From the IMG/VR virus record IMGVR_UViG_3300027708_000054: a stretch of 64,000 nt of DNA; one strand, 5' to 3'. Numbering within the stretch: position 1 is the first letter of the stretch; each line of letters starts with the position of its first letter. This DNA comes from an uncultured virus (IMG/VR IMGVR_UViG_3300027708_000054) (Duplodnaviria > Heunggongvirae > Uroviricota > Caudoviricetes). The notes beneath the pieces are model-generated. The model was given only the letters and a program-made list of their open reading frames with translations, ran no database searches and was not told the DNA's origin. Below are positions 26,975-37,800 of this stretch, one piece after another. A program made the position numbers and the translations under genes.

Positions 26975-28084
26975 ATGTCAAATTGCTCAAATTGTTATAA
27001 CGGATGTACAGAGATTGTTTCTGATAAATGCGTTAGATATACAGGTATAGATGTTCCTGAATTAGGAATACAAACAGGTGATTCTTTATCATTTGTAGAA
27101 CAAGCTTTAATTACATTTCTAACATCTACAATAAATGGTACAGGGATAAAACCAATTATAGATGATACTATTATTTGTAATCTTGTAAAAAAATATTTAT
27201 TAAATTGTGGAGATCTTACATTAAATAATATATTATCAGCTATTATAAAAGCTACTTGTGATCTTCAAGTACAAATAGATACAATTAATACTACACTCAA
27301 TATATTAAATGCTGATTATACAATAGGATGTTTAACAGGTGTTACAGCATCTTCAGATACACATGCTATTGTACAAGCTGTTATAACTAAATTATGTTTA
27401 GTAGATGCTAATTTAACAGCATTAGCTGTTGACCTATCTACAAACTATTCAAGTAATGGAACTGAATTAGATGCTTATATTGCTAACTATTTAGCTACAC
27501 ATACATCTAATGCTAATTTAATTAGTAATAGAATGGTTCCTTATTCAGTGGTTCCATATTTTGGACCATTAAGTAATTTTTCTAGTACAGGAGTAGGAAT
27601 TGGTAATTGGGATAGAATATTCTTATGTAATGGATTTAATGGAACTCCTGATGTAAGAGGTAGAGTTCTTGTAGGTGTTACAGCTGTTCCTGGTGGAGGA
27701 GCATATCCTGCTCAAACTGATCCAGCTCTTGGTAATCCTGCTTATACATTGAATGTACCATTAGGTGCAAATGGTATTACATTATCATTAGGACAAATGC
27801 CTCAACATTCTCATCCTAATACTACAGCTACCACTGCTATATCTCCTAATCCTCATACACATGTTATATCTCCTCAAGTACCATTTTCAAATAGTCAAAC
27901 TACTGCTTCAGGTACTGGATCAACAGGAGCAACTGTTCCTGTGCTTCATACATTAACTTCTTCAGATGTTACATTAACAGCAGCAACAACAGTAACAGTA
28001 GCAAATCAAGGAGCATCAGAATCACATGCAAACTTTCAACCTGGAATAGGTTCTTATTATATTATGTACATACCAGCACCTTAA
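26975..28084 (+). CDS. tail fibre protein with tail-collar-like domain
   Basis: FLCNGFNGTPDVRGRVLVG collar motif; MPQHSH and HxH repeats; C-terminal HANFQP...YYIMY. Confidence 0.75.
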   Translation: MSNCSNCYNGCTEIVSDKCVRYTGIDVPELGIQTGDSLSFVEQALITFLTSTINGTGIKPIIDDTIICNLVKKYLLNCGDLTLNNILSAIIKATCDLQVQIDTINTTLNILNADYTIGCLTGVTASSDTHAIVQAVITKLCLVDANLTALAVDLSTNYSSNGTELDAYIANYLATHTSNANLISNRMVPYSVVPYFGPLSNFSSTGVGIGNWDRIFLCNGFNGTPDVRGRVLVGVTAVPGGGAYPAQTDPALGNPAYTLNVPLGANGITLSLGQMPQHSHPNTTATTAISPNPHTHVISPQVPFSNSQTTASGTGSTGATVPVLHTLTSSDVTLTAATTVTVANQGASESHANFQPGIGSYYIMYIPAP

Positions 28085-28096
28085 TAAATCAATAAA

Positions 28097-29563
28097 ATGT
28101 CATATCCTTATTTACCAGTTAGTCCTTGCTGCACAGATGTAGTTTTAAATAGTCCTTGTGGATGTAGTTCTACAATCACTAATAGTGGTTGTGGAAGTAA
28201 TGATCCATGTTCTACACACACTATCTTATCTAGTAATATTATCTATGATGGCCCTGTATTACCTTGTATTATAGCTGAACCATGTGATACACTTAATGTT
28301 ATATTACAGAAGATAGATCAGATTATATGTAATCTATTATCACAAATAAATACATTAAATATTCAAGTTAGTAACATCACTACACAAATAATAAATATTG
28401 AAGGTGATTTAATTAATATAAATAACCAATTAGTTCAATGTTGTAATGCTACAACAACAACTACCACTACAATGAGAAATCGTTGTGAAAGCTTCTCATT
28501 AACTAATACAGGATCTACACCAGTAGCTATAACTATTACTGATTGTGTTACAGGTGTACCATCTGCTATTGTATTATTACCAGGAGATACAAATATTTGT
28601 GTTATAACAGATAGTCCTCTAACTGTTCCAGGTACAGTGATTGTAACACCATTTGGTCCTTGTGGCACTACAACAACAACATCAACTAGTAGCTCAACCA
28701 CTACATCTACAACAACAGAAGCATTATATCCATGTGAATGTTTAACATTTAACAATAGAGATGTTGATAGTCATATCATAACTTATATAGATTGTAACAA
28801 CGATCCTAGTGGTCCTATAAAAATTTATGACAAAGAAGTTATAAGAGTTTGTGGATCTGAAGGATTTGCTAGTGATCCACTTGTATTAATTACAGTGGGA
28901 GTAGATTGTAGAGTTGGACATTGTGATCCAGTAACAACATCTACTACAACTAGTTCTAGCAGTACATCAACAACAACATCTAGTTCAACTAGTACATCAA
29001 CATCTACATCATCAACATCTACAACTACTACATCAACTACATGTAATCCTGCCACTCCTCATCCATTTACTGGTACAGTGGTGAATGGTACAAACACTAT
29101 TCCTGATTCAGGAAGTTTCTTAGTTGATGCATGTGATGCTGCTGCTTGTTTACAAGCTAACACTTGTACAATAACATCATCTTATATAGTTCATTGGAAT
29201 CAACTATATCCAGGAATAGGTGATGTAGCTTATCTAGGATCTACTGGATGTGCACTAAAAGGACTTAATGGATACTACCAAATTGATTACGATGGTATAT
29301 GGGTTGTAGTTCAAATTATAAATAGTGTAATAGTAGATTTTCCTAGTTGTATAACTACTACAACTACTACTACCACTGCAGCTTGTGCTAATTATAGTTT
29401 AACAGGAGGAATTGGAGGTGGTACATGGACAGGAATTGCATGTAGTACTGGATTACCAACAGGTGGATCTATTCCAGGAGGTGATACACAATTTACAGGA
29501 TGTCTAATTGCTTCATCATTAACTATTAATAACTTAACATTTAAAGGTGACACAACTTGTTAA
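28097..29563 (+). CDS. Cys-rich modular fibre protein with Thr/Ser linkers
   Basis: Coiled coil followed by repeated Cys domains separated by poly-T/S tracts. Confidence 0.7.
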   Translation: MSYPYLPVSPCCTDVVLNSPCGCSSTITNSGCGSNDPCSTHTILSSNIIYDGPVLPCIIAEPCDTLNVILQKIDQIICNLLSQINTLNIQVSNITTQIINIEGDLININNQLVQCCNATTTTTTTMRNRCESFSLTNTGSTPVAITITDCVTGVPSAIVLLPGDTNICVITDSPLTVPGTVIVTPFGPCGTTTTTSTSSSTTTSTTTEALYPCECLTFNNRDVDSHIITYIDCNNDPSGPIKIYDKEVIRVCGSEGFASDPLVLITVGVDCRVGHCDPVTTSTTTSSSSTSTTTSSSTSTSTSTSSTSTTTTSTTCNPATPHPFTGTVVNGTNTIPDSGSFLVDACDAAACLQANTCTITSSYIVHWNQLYPGIGDVAYLGSTGCALKGLNGYYQIDYDGIWVVVQIINSVIVDFPSCITTTTTTTTAACANYSLTGGIGGGTWTGIACSTGLPTGGSIPGGDTQFTGCLIASSLTINNLTFKGDTTC

Positions 29564-29583
29564 TCATTATATAAATATAAAAC

Positions 29584-29883
29584 ATGGCTAATTGTCCTCA
29601 AATAAATAATACAACAATAATAGGAACGAGTGCTATTGGATATGATAGCACTCCACTTCCTTGTACAGGTGTACAACCATGTGATGGATTAAATGATATT
29701 CTTGTTAAATTTGATAACATTATATGTAATGTAACAAATGATGTAAATATTCTTACAGAAGAAATAACAAACATCACTGAAGATTTAATGATTATAGGAG
29801 AAGATGTAATCAATACTCAAAATCAAATAGATATATGTTGTCCTATATGTGATTTCACAGGAACTGCTAATCAGCTTCCATAA
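29584..29883 (+). CDS. short fibre-module/coiled-coil protein
   Basis: Paralogous to the N-terminus of 28097 (YD..LPC...CD.LN.IL.K.D.IIC). Confidence 0.65.
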   Translation: MANCPQINNTTIIGTSAIGYDSTPLPCTGVQPCDGLNDILVKFDNIICNVTNDVNILTEEITNITEDLMIIGEDVINTQNQIDICCPICDFTGTANQLP

Positions 29884-29911
29884 TAAAAACCAATAATTAA
29901 ATTTAAAACTA

Positions 29912-30400
29912 ATGACAGTATTAATAACATTAACTATAGCTGGATCTGATACAGGTCCTTTTAGTCTTTTTTCAAATCTTGATGCATATACATCAGCATT
30001 CGAATCAGGAGTTTCTAAAGCATCTTTACTTGCAGGATATCCTTCTGCACTTGTTCCTGATTATACAACAGTTGTTAGACTTAGATCAACAGGAGATTGT
30101 ACTAATTTTATTGACATACCTTTATACACTTCTCCAACTACCACTAGTACTAGTAGTACAACAACTACAACCACTACTATTTTTGGTACTTGTTATCAAT
30201 TTCTAAGTGATCCTTACACCACTACATTTACAGCAAGTTATGTAGATTGTAATGGTATATCACAAACAGTTAATAATACATGTTTTAGTCCATCTTGTAC
30301 ATATTCTCTTTGTGCATTAATTGTAGGAACTAGTAGTGTACCTATGAATATTATAGGAGTTTGTACAACCACTACATCTACCACTAGTTCACCTTTATAA
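29912..30400 (+). CDS. modular virion decoration protein
   Basis: N-terminal GPF..Y/F module, Thr linker, Cys domain. Confidence 0.65.
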   Translation: MTVLITLTIAGSDTGPFSLFSNLDAYTSAFESGVSKASLLAGYPSALVPDYTTVVRLRSTGDCTNFIDIPLYTSPTTTSTSSTTTTTTTIFGTCYQFLSDPYTTTFTASYVDCNGISQTVNNTCFSPSCTYSLCALIVGTSSVPMNIIGVCTTTTSTTSSPL

Positions 30401-30411
30401 ATAATAAAACT

Positions 30412-31302
30412 ATGATAGCATTAATAACATTAAGTATACCAACTGGTGGAGATGCAGGACCTTTCAATTTATATTCAAATATAGATGGGTATGTAGCACC
30501 ATTTGCAACAAATATATCTGCAACAGTTTTACAAGCTGGTTATACATCAAATGTAGTTCCTAATGGAACAACTATTATTAGGGTTAAATCTATAGGATGG
30601 TGTACAAATTATATTGATATAACAGTTAATTTAGTAACTACTACAACTACTAGTTCTAGTACTTCTACAAGTACTTCTACAAGTACATCAACATCTACTA
30701 GCACAAGTACATCAACTTCTACTAGTACATCAACAAGTACATCAACAAGTACAAGTAGTACATCAACTAGCACAACTTCTACTTCTAGTAGTACAACTAC
30801 TACTACAACAACAGAAGTACCTCCACTTACTGGATGTTACACTGTAAACTTTGATGCTCTTTCTCCTGGATGTTCAGGTTATCCTGGTCATTGTGTAGGA
30901 CAATATACAGCTTGTGATGGAACAGATCAATTTATATCAGTTCCTATAGCTGGTCCTGGAACACAAGTTTGTGCATTAATAGATTTAGGTATAGAACCTA
31001 TATTTACTTGTGGAGCAGGAGTTGTAACAATACTTACACCTTGTGTACAAGAAGGTCGTATTTCATCAACATCTAATTCAAGTGATGCTTGTTCATTATC
31101 ATTAACACTTCCTTGTTGGATAACTGGTACAGGAGATGTTAATGCTAGTGATGTTGTATATACTGATGCTGCAATGACTACACCATTTGTAGGAGATGGA
31201 AGATATTATCATATTAAAATACTTTCATATTCAACTAGTTATAGTGGTAAGGTTAATAGTTTAGGAGTAATACAAAGTACAGGATATACTTTATGTCCTT
31301 AA
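30412..31302 (+). CDS. modular virion decoration protein with ~58-residue Ser/Thr tract
   Basis: Same N-terminal module as 29912; long (TS)n linker; Cys domains. Confidence 0.7.
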   Translation: MIALITLSIPTGGDAGPFNLYSNIDGYVAPFATNISATVLQAGYTSNVVPNGTTIIRVKSIGWCTNYIDITVNLVTTTTTSSSTSTSTSTSTSTSTSTSTSTSTSTSTSTSTSTSSTSTSTTSTSSSTTTTTTTEVPPLTGCYTVNFDALSPGCSGYPGHCVGQYTACDGTDQFISVPIAGPGTQVCALIDLGIEPIFTCGAGVVTILTPCVQEGRISSTSNSSDACSLSLTLPCWITGTGDVNASDVVYTDAAMTTPFVGDGRYYHIKILSYSTSYSGKVNSLGVIQSTGYTLCP

Positions 31303-31343
31303 TAATAATAAAAAAATTATAGTTTGTTGGTTTTCTATATTTT

Positions 31344-31379
31344 CTCCTAGTGGCAATTTGTCTCTAGGAGTTTTTGTTT
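31344..31379 (+). terminator. intrinsic terminator after fibre operon
   Basis: CTCCTAG...CTAGGAG stem followed by TTTTTGTTT. Confidence 0.75.
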
Positions 31380-31484
31380 CTAACTAATTTAGTTATAAAT
31401 AATTAACTCTCTAACTAAAATTATTTGGATTATATAAAAACTATTGTTTATCTTTACGATATTTTTTAACTAATATAAATACAT

Positions 31485-32690
31485 ATGTCTGAAAATCAAA
31501 GTTTATTGTACAGATTAGAAGAGTTGTTAACGCAGAAGAAAAGTAAAAAATTCTATGCTGAGAAATTAGGAATAAGTGAATACGAAGTGAATGAGCTCAT
31601 GAAAGAGCTTAGAGAAAAAGATAGTGAACCTGTAACAAATTATACAGGAGAACGTAAAGTGAATGTTGAAAAAGGTACAATAGAAAGTACAATTATATCA
31701 GACTTTGAACCTAAAGATGATATTGAATTAGCTAAGCTACATAAGATAAATTTAGATAAATACATCATAACCAACTATTGGTCTAAGATGTTACCAAGTG
31801 GGAAGTTTACTTCTTCAATCTTTTCAAAACTAAAACAAGCAAAAGATTATTCTCCTGAAGACTTTGCTAAGTTTTTACAAAACTACAAACCAAACAATAT
31901 AACAGTTGATAAGGTACCAAACTTTAAAGATGTTGTAAATGTAGAAATCTCTATAGCTGATTACCATTTAGCTAAGAAAACAATAGATGGTGATAACAGT
32001 CCACAAGCAAGAGCTCAAAGATATTTTGATGTGGCCCAATCTTTGATTAACAAAGTGGTATCTAATTATCATATAGATACTGTAGTGTTACCTATATCAA
32101 ATGATTTCTTTCATACTGATAACTATCAACACCAAACTACAAATGGTACACCACAAGATACTATAATGGATTATTCAGAAGAATATGAATTAGGTTTTGA
32201 TATTTTAGTTAAGACTATTAATATGTTAAGACAATATTCAAGTCAAGTGGTGGTAGTGTTAGTACAAGGTAATCATGATAGAACTAAATCTTTTTATTTA
32301 GCACATGCATTAGATATATTCTTTAAAGAAGCTATGGATGTAGAGTTTATAAGAGAGCATAGTGTTATTAAAGGATTGACATTAGGAAATACATTTATTG
32401 GTTGGCATCATGGTAATTGTAAGTTAGAAGATCTTCCATTATTATTTGCAACACATCCTCAGTATAGTCAAGCATTTGGTAATGCTAAATATAGAGAAGT
32501 ACATACAGGAGATAAACATCACTATATGGCTAAAGAAGTGAAGGGAGTAAGAATACAACAAATGCCTAGTCTTTCAGGAACTGATAGATGGCACTTAGAT
32601 AACAATTTTGTACATTCAGTTAGAGCTGCCCTAGCATTAGTATATGATATGGAGCTTGGTAAAATAGCTGAATTTGAAACAAGAATATAA
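31485..32690 (+). CDS. HTH plus calcineurin-like metallophosphoesterase
   Basis: N-terminal HTH (YAEKLGISEYEV); motifs IADYH, NDFFH, GNHD, HHG, HTGDKHH. Confidence 0.85.
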   Translation: MSENQSLLYRLEELLTQKKSKKFYAEKLGISEYEVNELMKELREKDSEPVTNYTGERKVNVEKGTIESTIISDFEPKDDIELAKLHKINLDKYIITNYWSKMLPSGKFTSSIFSKLKQAKDYSPEDFAKFLQNYKPNNITVDKVPNFKDVVNVEISIADYHLAKKTIDGDNSPQARAQRYFDVAQSLINKVVSNYHIDTVVLPISNDFFHTDNYQHQTTNGTPQDTIMDYSEEYELGFDILVKTINMLRQYSSQVVVVLVQGNHDRTKSFYLAHALDIFFKEAMDVEFIREHSVIKGLTLGNTFIGWHHGNCKLEDLPLLFATHPQYSQAFGNAKYREVHTGDKHHYMAKEVKGVRIQQMPSLSGTDRWHLDNNFVHSVRAALALVYDMELGKIAEFETRI

Positions 32691-32692
32691 TT

Positions 32693-33421
32693 ATGGCAAC
32701 ATTAAGAAAACTAGTATCAGATGTTAGAAGTGTCCACAAGATACTTTCTACAGATGCTCTTATTACAGATAGAGCAATTGCTTCTGAAATAAGAAACAAC
32801 TCTTTATTACTTATAAAGAGAGAAACCAATCTAAGAAAACTTTGGGCTACTGATACATTATTCACTACCATTCCTTGTTTAGAAATGGTAGAAGTACCTA
32901 TTTCTGAATGTTGCAACTATGTAGATGAGTGTAGTATTGCAAGAACTAAGTTTAAACTCCCACGTATATCAGAAGGTAATTACCAATATGTAATACAAGG
33001 AGTTTATTCTATTAATGCATTAAGTGGTAGAGGAAAGAAACTAAAAGAAATCACTGTCAATAGATATATCAATCTTTTAAAACTTCCTATAATTAAAAAT
33101 GAAGAATATTATTGGTTAACTAATGAATATCTATATGTAAATAATCCATTGCTTAAATCAATTAGATTAGTTGCATTTTTTGAAGAAGATGTAGATAATG
33201 AAATCTTATATCCAGAATGTGGATGTGGAAGTCCAGATTATACAAATGAACAATTATGTATGAACCCATTAGATAAAGAGTTTCCTCTTCCTGGATATCT
33301 AGAACAACAAGTCTTAGAGTTAACATCTAATAAACTATTACAGACATATTTTAATTTAAAAACAGATCAAACAGAAGAAGGAATAGATGGTCAAGCTCAA
33401 AATTCAAAGCCAACTAATTAA
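32693..33421 (+). CDS. putative tail ring protein
   Basis: 242 aa; position in tail module; FEE...PLDKEFPLP pattern. Confidence 0.55.
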   Translation: MATLRKLVSDVRSVHKILSTDALITDRAIASEIRNNSLLLIKRETNLRKLWATDTLFTTIPCLEMVEVPISECCNYVDECSIARTKFKLPRISEGNYQYVIQGVYSINALSGRGKKLKEITVNRYINLLKLPIIKNEEYYWLTNEYLYVNNPLLKSIRLVAFFEEDVDNEILYPECGCGSPDYTNEQLCMNPLDKEFPLPGYLEQQVLELTSNKLLQTYFNLKTDQTEEGIDGQAQNSKPTN

Positions 33422-33900
33422 TGAGAACAAAGATTGATTGGAGAAGTTCTAGCAAGGACAGTTATAACAATTTCTGTAAAAAACATTTATCTATTAAACT
33501 TACATATGATGAATGGAGAAATATCTTATACACATACAATGAATCTTTTAAAGAATATATATTAGAGACAGGTGAAAAAGCAAAACTACCTTTTGGATTT
33601 GGAGAGTTCTCAATTAATAAAAAGAAAAGAAGAAAACTAAAAAACAATGTAGATGGTAAAGAGTTTGTTAATTTACCAATAGATTGGCAAAAAACTAAAG
33701 AGAAGGGAAAGGTGATATACAACTTCAATTACCATACAGAAGGATTCTTTTTTGGTTGGATGTGGTTTAAGAACACAGCAAGATTTAAACATTCTGATCT
33801 TTGGTATTTCAAACCTTCTAGACTTACATCAAGATTATTATCACATTACTTAAAGACCAACGACAAGTATCAATACATCTATAATGAGTGGAAAAAATAA
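33421..33900 (+). CDS. IHF/HU-like basic protein
   Basis: KLPFGFGEFSI.KKK motif; IHF-like genes lie in crAss-like tail modules. Confidence 0.6.
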   Translation: MRTKIDWRSSSKDSYNNFCKKHLSIKLTYDEWRNILYTYNESFKEYILETGEKAKLPFGFGEFSINKKKRRKLKNNVDGKEFVNLPIDWQKTKEKGKVIYNFNYHTEGFFFGWMWFKNTARFKHSDLWYFKPSRLTSRLLSHYLKTNDKYQYIYNEWKK

Positions 33901-33906
33901 TGAACT

Positions 33907-34881
33907 ATGTCATACTACTATAAATATAATTTCGTATCCCCAGAGCCTGTCTATTCAACAATCAAAGAAGAACTTAAGAGTTATTTCGATACTGGTGCAA
34001 TAGATGATCTTTTATTTCCTACTTATTTAGATAAAGCTCTAAAGAAGTTAGGAAGAACTACATTTGTTATAAGTGAAGAAATCTTGTATATAGAAGATTT
34101 TCAAGCTAGACTTCCTGATAACTTCTATGCTGTAAGAGAAGCTTGGATGTGTACAGCAGTGGATGGTTTTCCATATCAAGATGCTAACTCATTCTATTCT
34201 CAAGCAGCTAGTGCAACCACTATACAAATTGCTCCATTAACTATTGGAGGTACACCTTGTAATAGACCTGGTTGTCAAGTTCCACAATGTGATGGTACAT
34301 GTATGCCAGAATTAGTACAAGCTGTTTATAAAACAAATAATAGTACAGCTAGACAATTTACTCATGAGTATTTACTTAGACCTGGAAATATATCTGCAAG
34401 ACAAAACTGTGGTGTAGACTATACAAACAATTGGGAAATGTATGCTCAAGCTCCTCCTATTCATGAATTCACTCCTGGAGCTGCTAGCTATGATAGTTTT
34501 GATATTAGAGATAATAAGTTTGTTACAAATTTCAGAAATGGAACAGTTCATTTATTATTCTATTCTACAGAGTATGATGAAATAGGAAATCAATTGATTC
34601 CTGATAACTATCGTATAAGAGAATATGTAGAAGCATTCATTAAGTTTAAAGTGTTTGAAATGCTTACTAACCAAACTAACGATGAAACTTTTAATCAGTT
34701 ACAACAGAAACTTGTATATCATAAACAGGCATATGAAGAAGCATTCATTATGGCTGATATAGAAATTAAAAAACAAACTCCTTGGGAGAAACAAAGAAGA
34801 ATCAAGAACGATCTTAATAGATTTAATATGTATGAACTTCCTAACCGTACTAATAGATATGGGAGAAGACGTAATAACTAA
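33907..34881 (+). CDS. putative tail ring/tubular protein
   Basis: 324 aa; ARLPDNF and LIPDN motifs; immediately upstream of muzzle gene. Confidence 0.55.
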   Translation: MSYYYKYNFVSPEPVYSTIKEELKSYFDTGAIDDLLFPTYLDKALKKLGRTTFVISEEILYIEDFQARLPDNFYAVREAWMCTAVDGFPYQDANSFYSQAASATTIQIAPLTIGGTPCNRPGCQVPQCDGTCMPELVQAVYKTNNSTARQFTHEYLLRPGNISARQNCGVDYTNNWEMYAQAPPIHEFTPGAASYDSFDIRDNKFVTNFRNGTVHLLFYSTEYDEIGNQLIPDNYRIREYVEAFIKFKVFEMLTNQTNDETFNQLQQKLVYHKQAYEEAFIMADIEIKKQTPWEKQRRIKNDLNRFNMYELPNRTNRYGRRRNN

Positions 34882-34889
34882 TATATATC

Positions 34890-37800
34890 ATGGCTGAAGA
34901 TCAAAAATCAGGAAGTAATATAAATCAAAATCCAAGTTCTGGAACTACTGGATTAAATTTAGATAGTTCTATTAATCAAGTTAAACCAGGATCATTAACA
35001 TATGCTTTAAATGCAGCTGTTGAGAATTTTGATGGTAACATTGTGAATTATCAAAATGAATTAGGAAATGATCTATGTGTCACTTTCCCAAAATCTTATT
35101 TACTAATTGGTACCCATTTTATTAACGAAAAAAATAAACATATATTCTTTCTTCATAATCCAGTAAATGGTGACTCAGAGATAGGATATATGGAAAACAA
35201 TGATTGTATATATCATACATTAGTTAATGCTCCATGTTTAAATTTCAATCTTAATAATCCAATACATAAAGTGGTGCATAAAATAACCAATTGCACTATA
35301 GAAATATATTGGACAGATGGATTTAATGTAAGAAGATATCTAGATTTAAATAATATTCCTTATTTAATACAACCTAATGCAAATCTTTGTAATCCTGCAT
35401 ATACAAATCAATTAGATTGTAATCAAATTAAAATACAACCAAACTTTTCTATTCCTCAACTTACTATTTCTAAAATTAGAAATGGAGGAGAACTTATATC
35501 AGGAACATATCAGTTTGCTATACAATATTGTGATGCTGTAGGTAATGGTTATACATCATACTATTCTGTTACAAATCCTACACCTATAATGGATGAACAG
35601 CAAACAACAGTTAATTTTAACACTAGTGTTAATAAATCTATTGTTGTAGATATATCAGATATTGATATTACAGGACAATATCAATACTATAACTTAGCTG
35701 TAATTAAAACAATTAATAATGCTACAGCTGTTGATCTAGTAGGTACATATTTTATAGAGCAATCTACAAATCAAGTTACATATACTGGAAGTGATCAATC
35801 TCCTATAAAACTATCTATCCAAGATATATTTGAGAAGTTTCCTTATTACGAAATAGCACAAGATATTACAGCTGTACAAGATATTCTTGTATGGGATAAT
35901 CTTACATCTATTAATAGAATTAACTATCAATCAATAGCTAATCAAATAACTGTTGGATGGGAGACATATAGAATTCCTGCTAGCGAAAACTATGCTGATG
36001 AATTAAATGCTACAAACTTACGTGGGTATCTACGTGATGAGGTGTATGCATTTGAAATTGTATTCTTATTAAAGAATGGAAAACAAACAGATGGTTTTCA
36101 CATTCCTGGAAGAGTACAAAACTGGAATGAATGGTCTCAACCAAATATACCAATTACAAGTGCAGATTTTATAGGTGATCCTGAAACAGGTACAAACTAT
36201 AGTCCTTATTGGAAAATATATAATACAGCTTCTGTAACTGGATTTGTTCCAGGATATTCTGTAGATGCTAATTATAAAGGACCATGGCAATATGGTGAAA
36301 TGGCTTTTTGGCAGTCAGAAGAAAAATATCCTTGTAATGTAGATGTATGGGGTGATCTTGCTGATCAATATATTAGACATCACAAGTTTCCTGATGTATT
36401 AATTTCTCCTATAAATGAATCTAAAATATTTGCAAGTTCTACATCAATGGTGATGGGGAATGATGCTGTGTTTCCTATTGGTCTTAGAATAGATCCAATA
36501 CAGATTTCATATCTTGTTTATAATTCTAATTTAACTGCTGATGAGAAAAGTGAGATAGCAGGATTTAAAATAGTCAGAGGTAATAGAGGTACACATAAAT
36601 CTATTGTAGCTAAAGGAATTCTTCGTAATGTTAACTCTTATGAAAGAGAAGGACAATATTATTACTATCCAAACTATCCATATAATGAAGTGGTAGGAAA
36701 TGATCCATTTGTAAATTCAGTAAATAATGCTTGGACTGAAATATGTGAGCCATGGAACATTGATATATTTCAATTTAATCTACCTAATACAGGTACTCCT
36801 ACATATGTAGAGATTGAATATACCAATTGTAATAATAATAAAACAGATACAATAAAATATACTACACTAGGTAGACAAATATTATGTTCTATCACTAGAC
36901 CTATTCCACAAGGAACTGGTTCATTCAATAGAATGACTACTAATAGAGCAGGAAGAGAAACACCTACTCCTGGAACAATATTAAATATAGGACCATCAAA
37001 TTATGATGTATGGGAAGTTGGTGTTGGTAAAACTAGTCTTGGAACTGGAAAAGCTGGATATGAAGTGCAATGGACAGATCCAGTAGCAGGACTTCAACAT
37101 GAATGGGTACCTGGAGGAATTTTTGGTGGAGGAACTTACCAATTAAATACTTTAGTAGATGGACGTCCTGTAAATATATCAACTGGTTCTGCTGCTAATA
37201 ATGAAGAGTTTGGTCGTATAGAACAAGTAAGATCAACTGCATGTAAAACAGAAACTCCTCAACCTGACATATCTTCTAAACCAGATCTAGCATATAGACA
37301 AGTATTTAATTCTCCTGAAACATCATTTGGTCAACCATTCTTAGGTAATGTATTAAAACTTGAGAATGTAATGTTTGGTAAAGGACTTGGTCACTTTGTA
37401 GAAGTGAGAGGTAATGCTAAATATAAATTACTTACTTATGAAGCTCAATATGATGCTCTTAGTAGTTCACAAGCTATAGCATCATATGGAGCACAATTTA
37501 ATGCAGGTGCAATGTTCACTGTATACCAATCCTATTTAACTATTTATATTAATGGTATTACAAGAAGAAACTATGCTTATTCATATAACTCAATAGCTGA
37601 TTATAATTATAATGTAGGTGTAGGTAATAACATCACTGTAGGAACTGTACAAGGTATTAAACAAAGAATGCTTGATATAGCTAGATATTTAATTCCTGGT
37701 GTTGAATCAGTTGGTGATACAATTAATGTACCAGGAGTTGGTGTAAGAAATGCTCCTATCAATAATTATAGAAGAGAATCTTCTGTTTATTTAAAAACAA

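Noticed and set aside
30635..30815. CRISPR array or tandem DNA repeat
   Set aside because: Degenerate Ser/Thr codon runs in frame within a gene; no repeat-spacer structure
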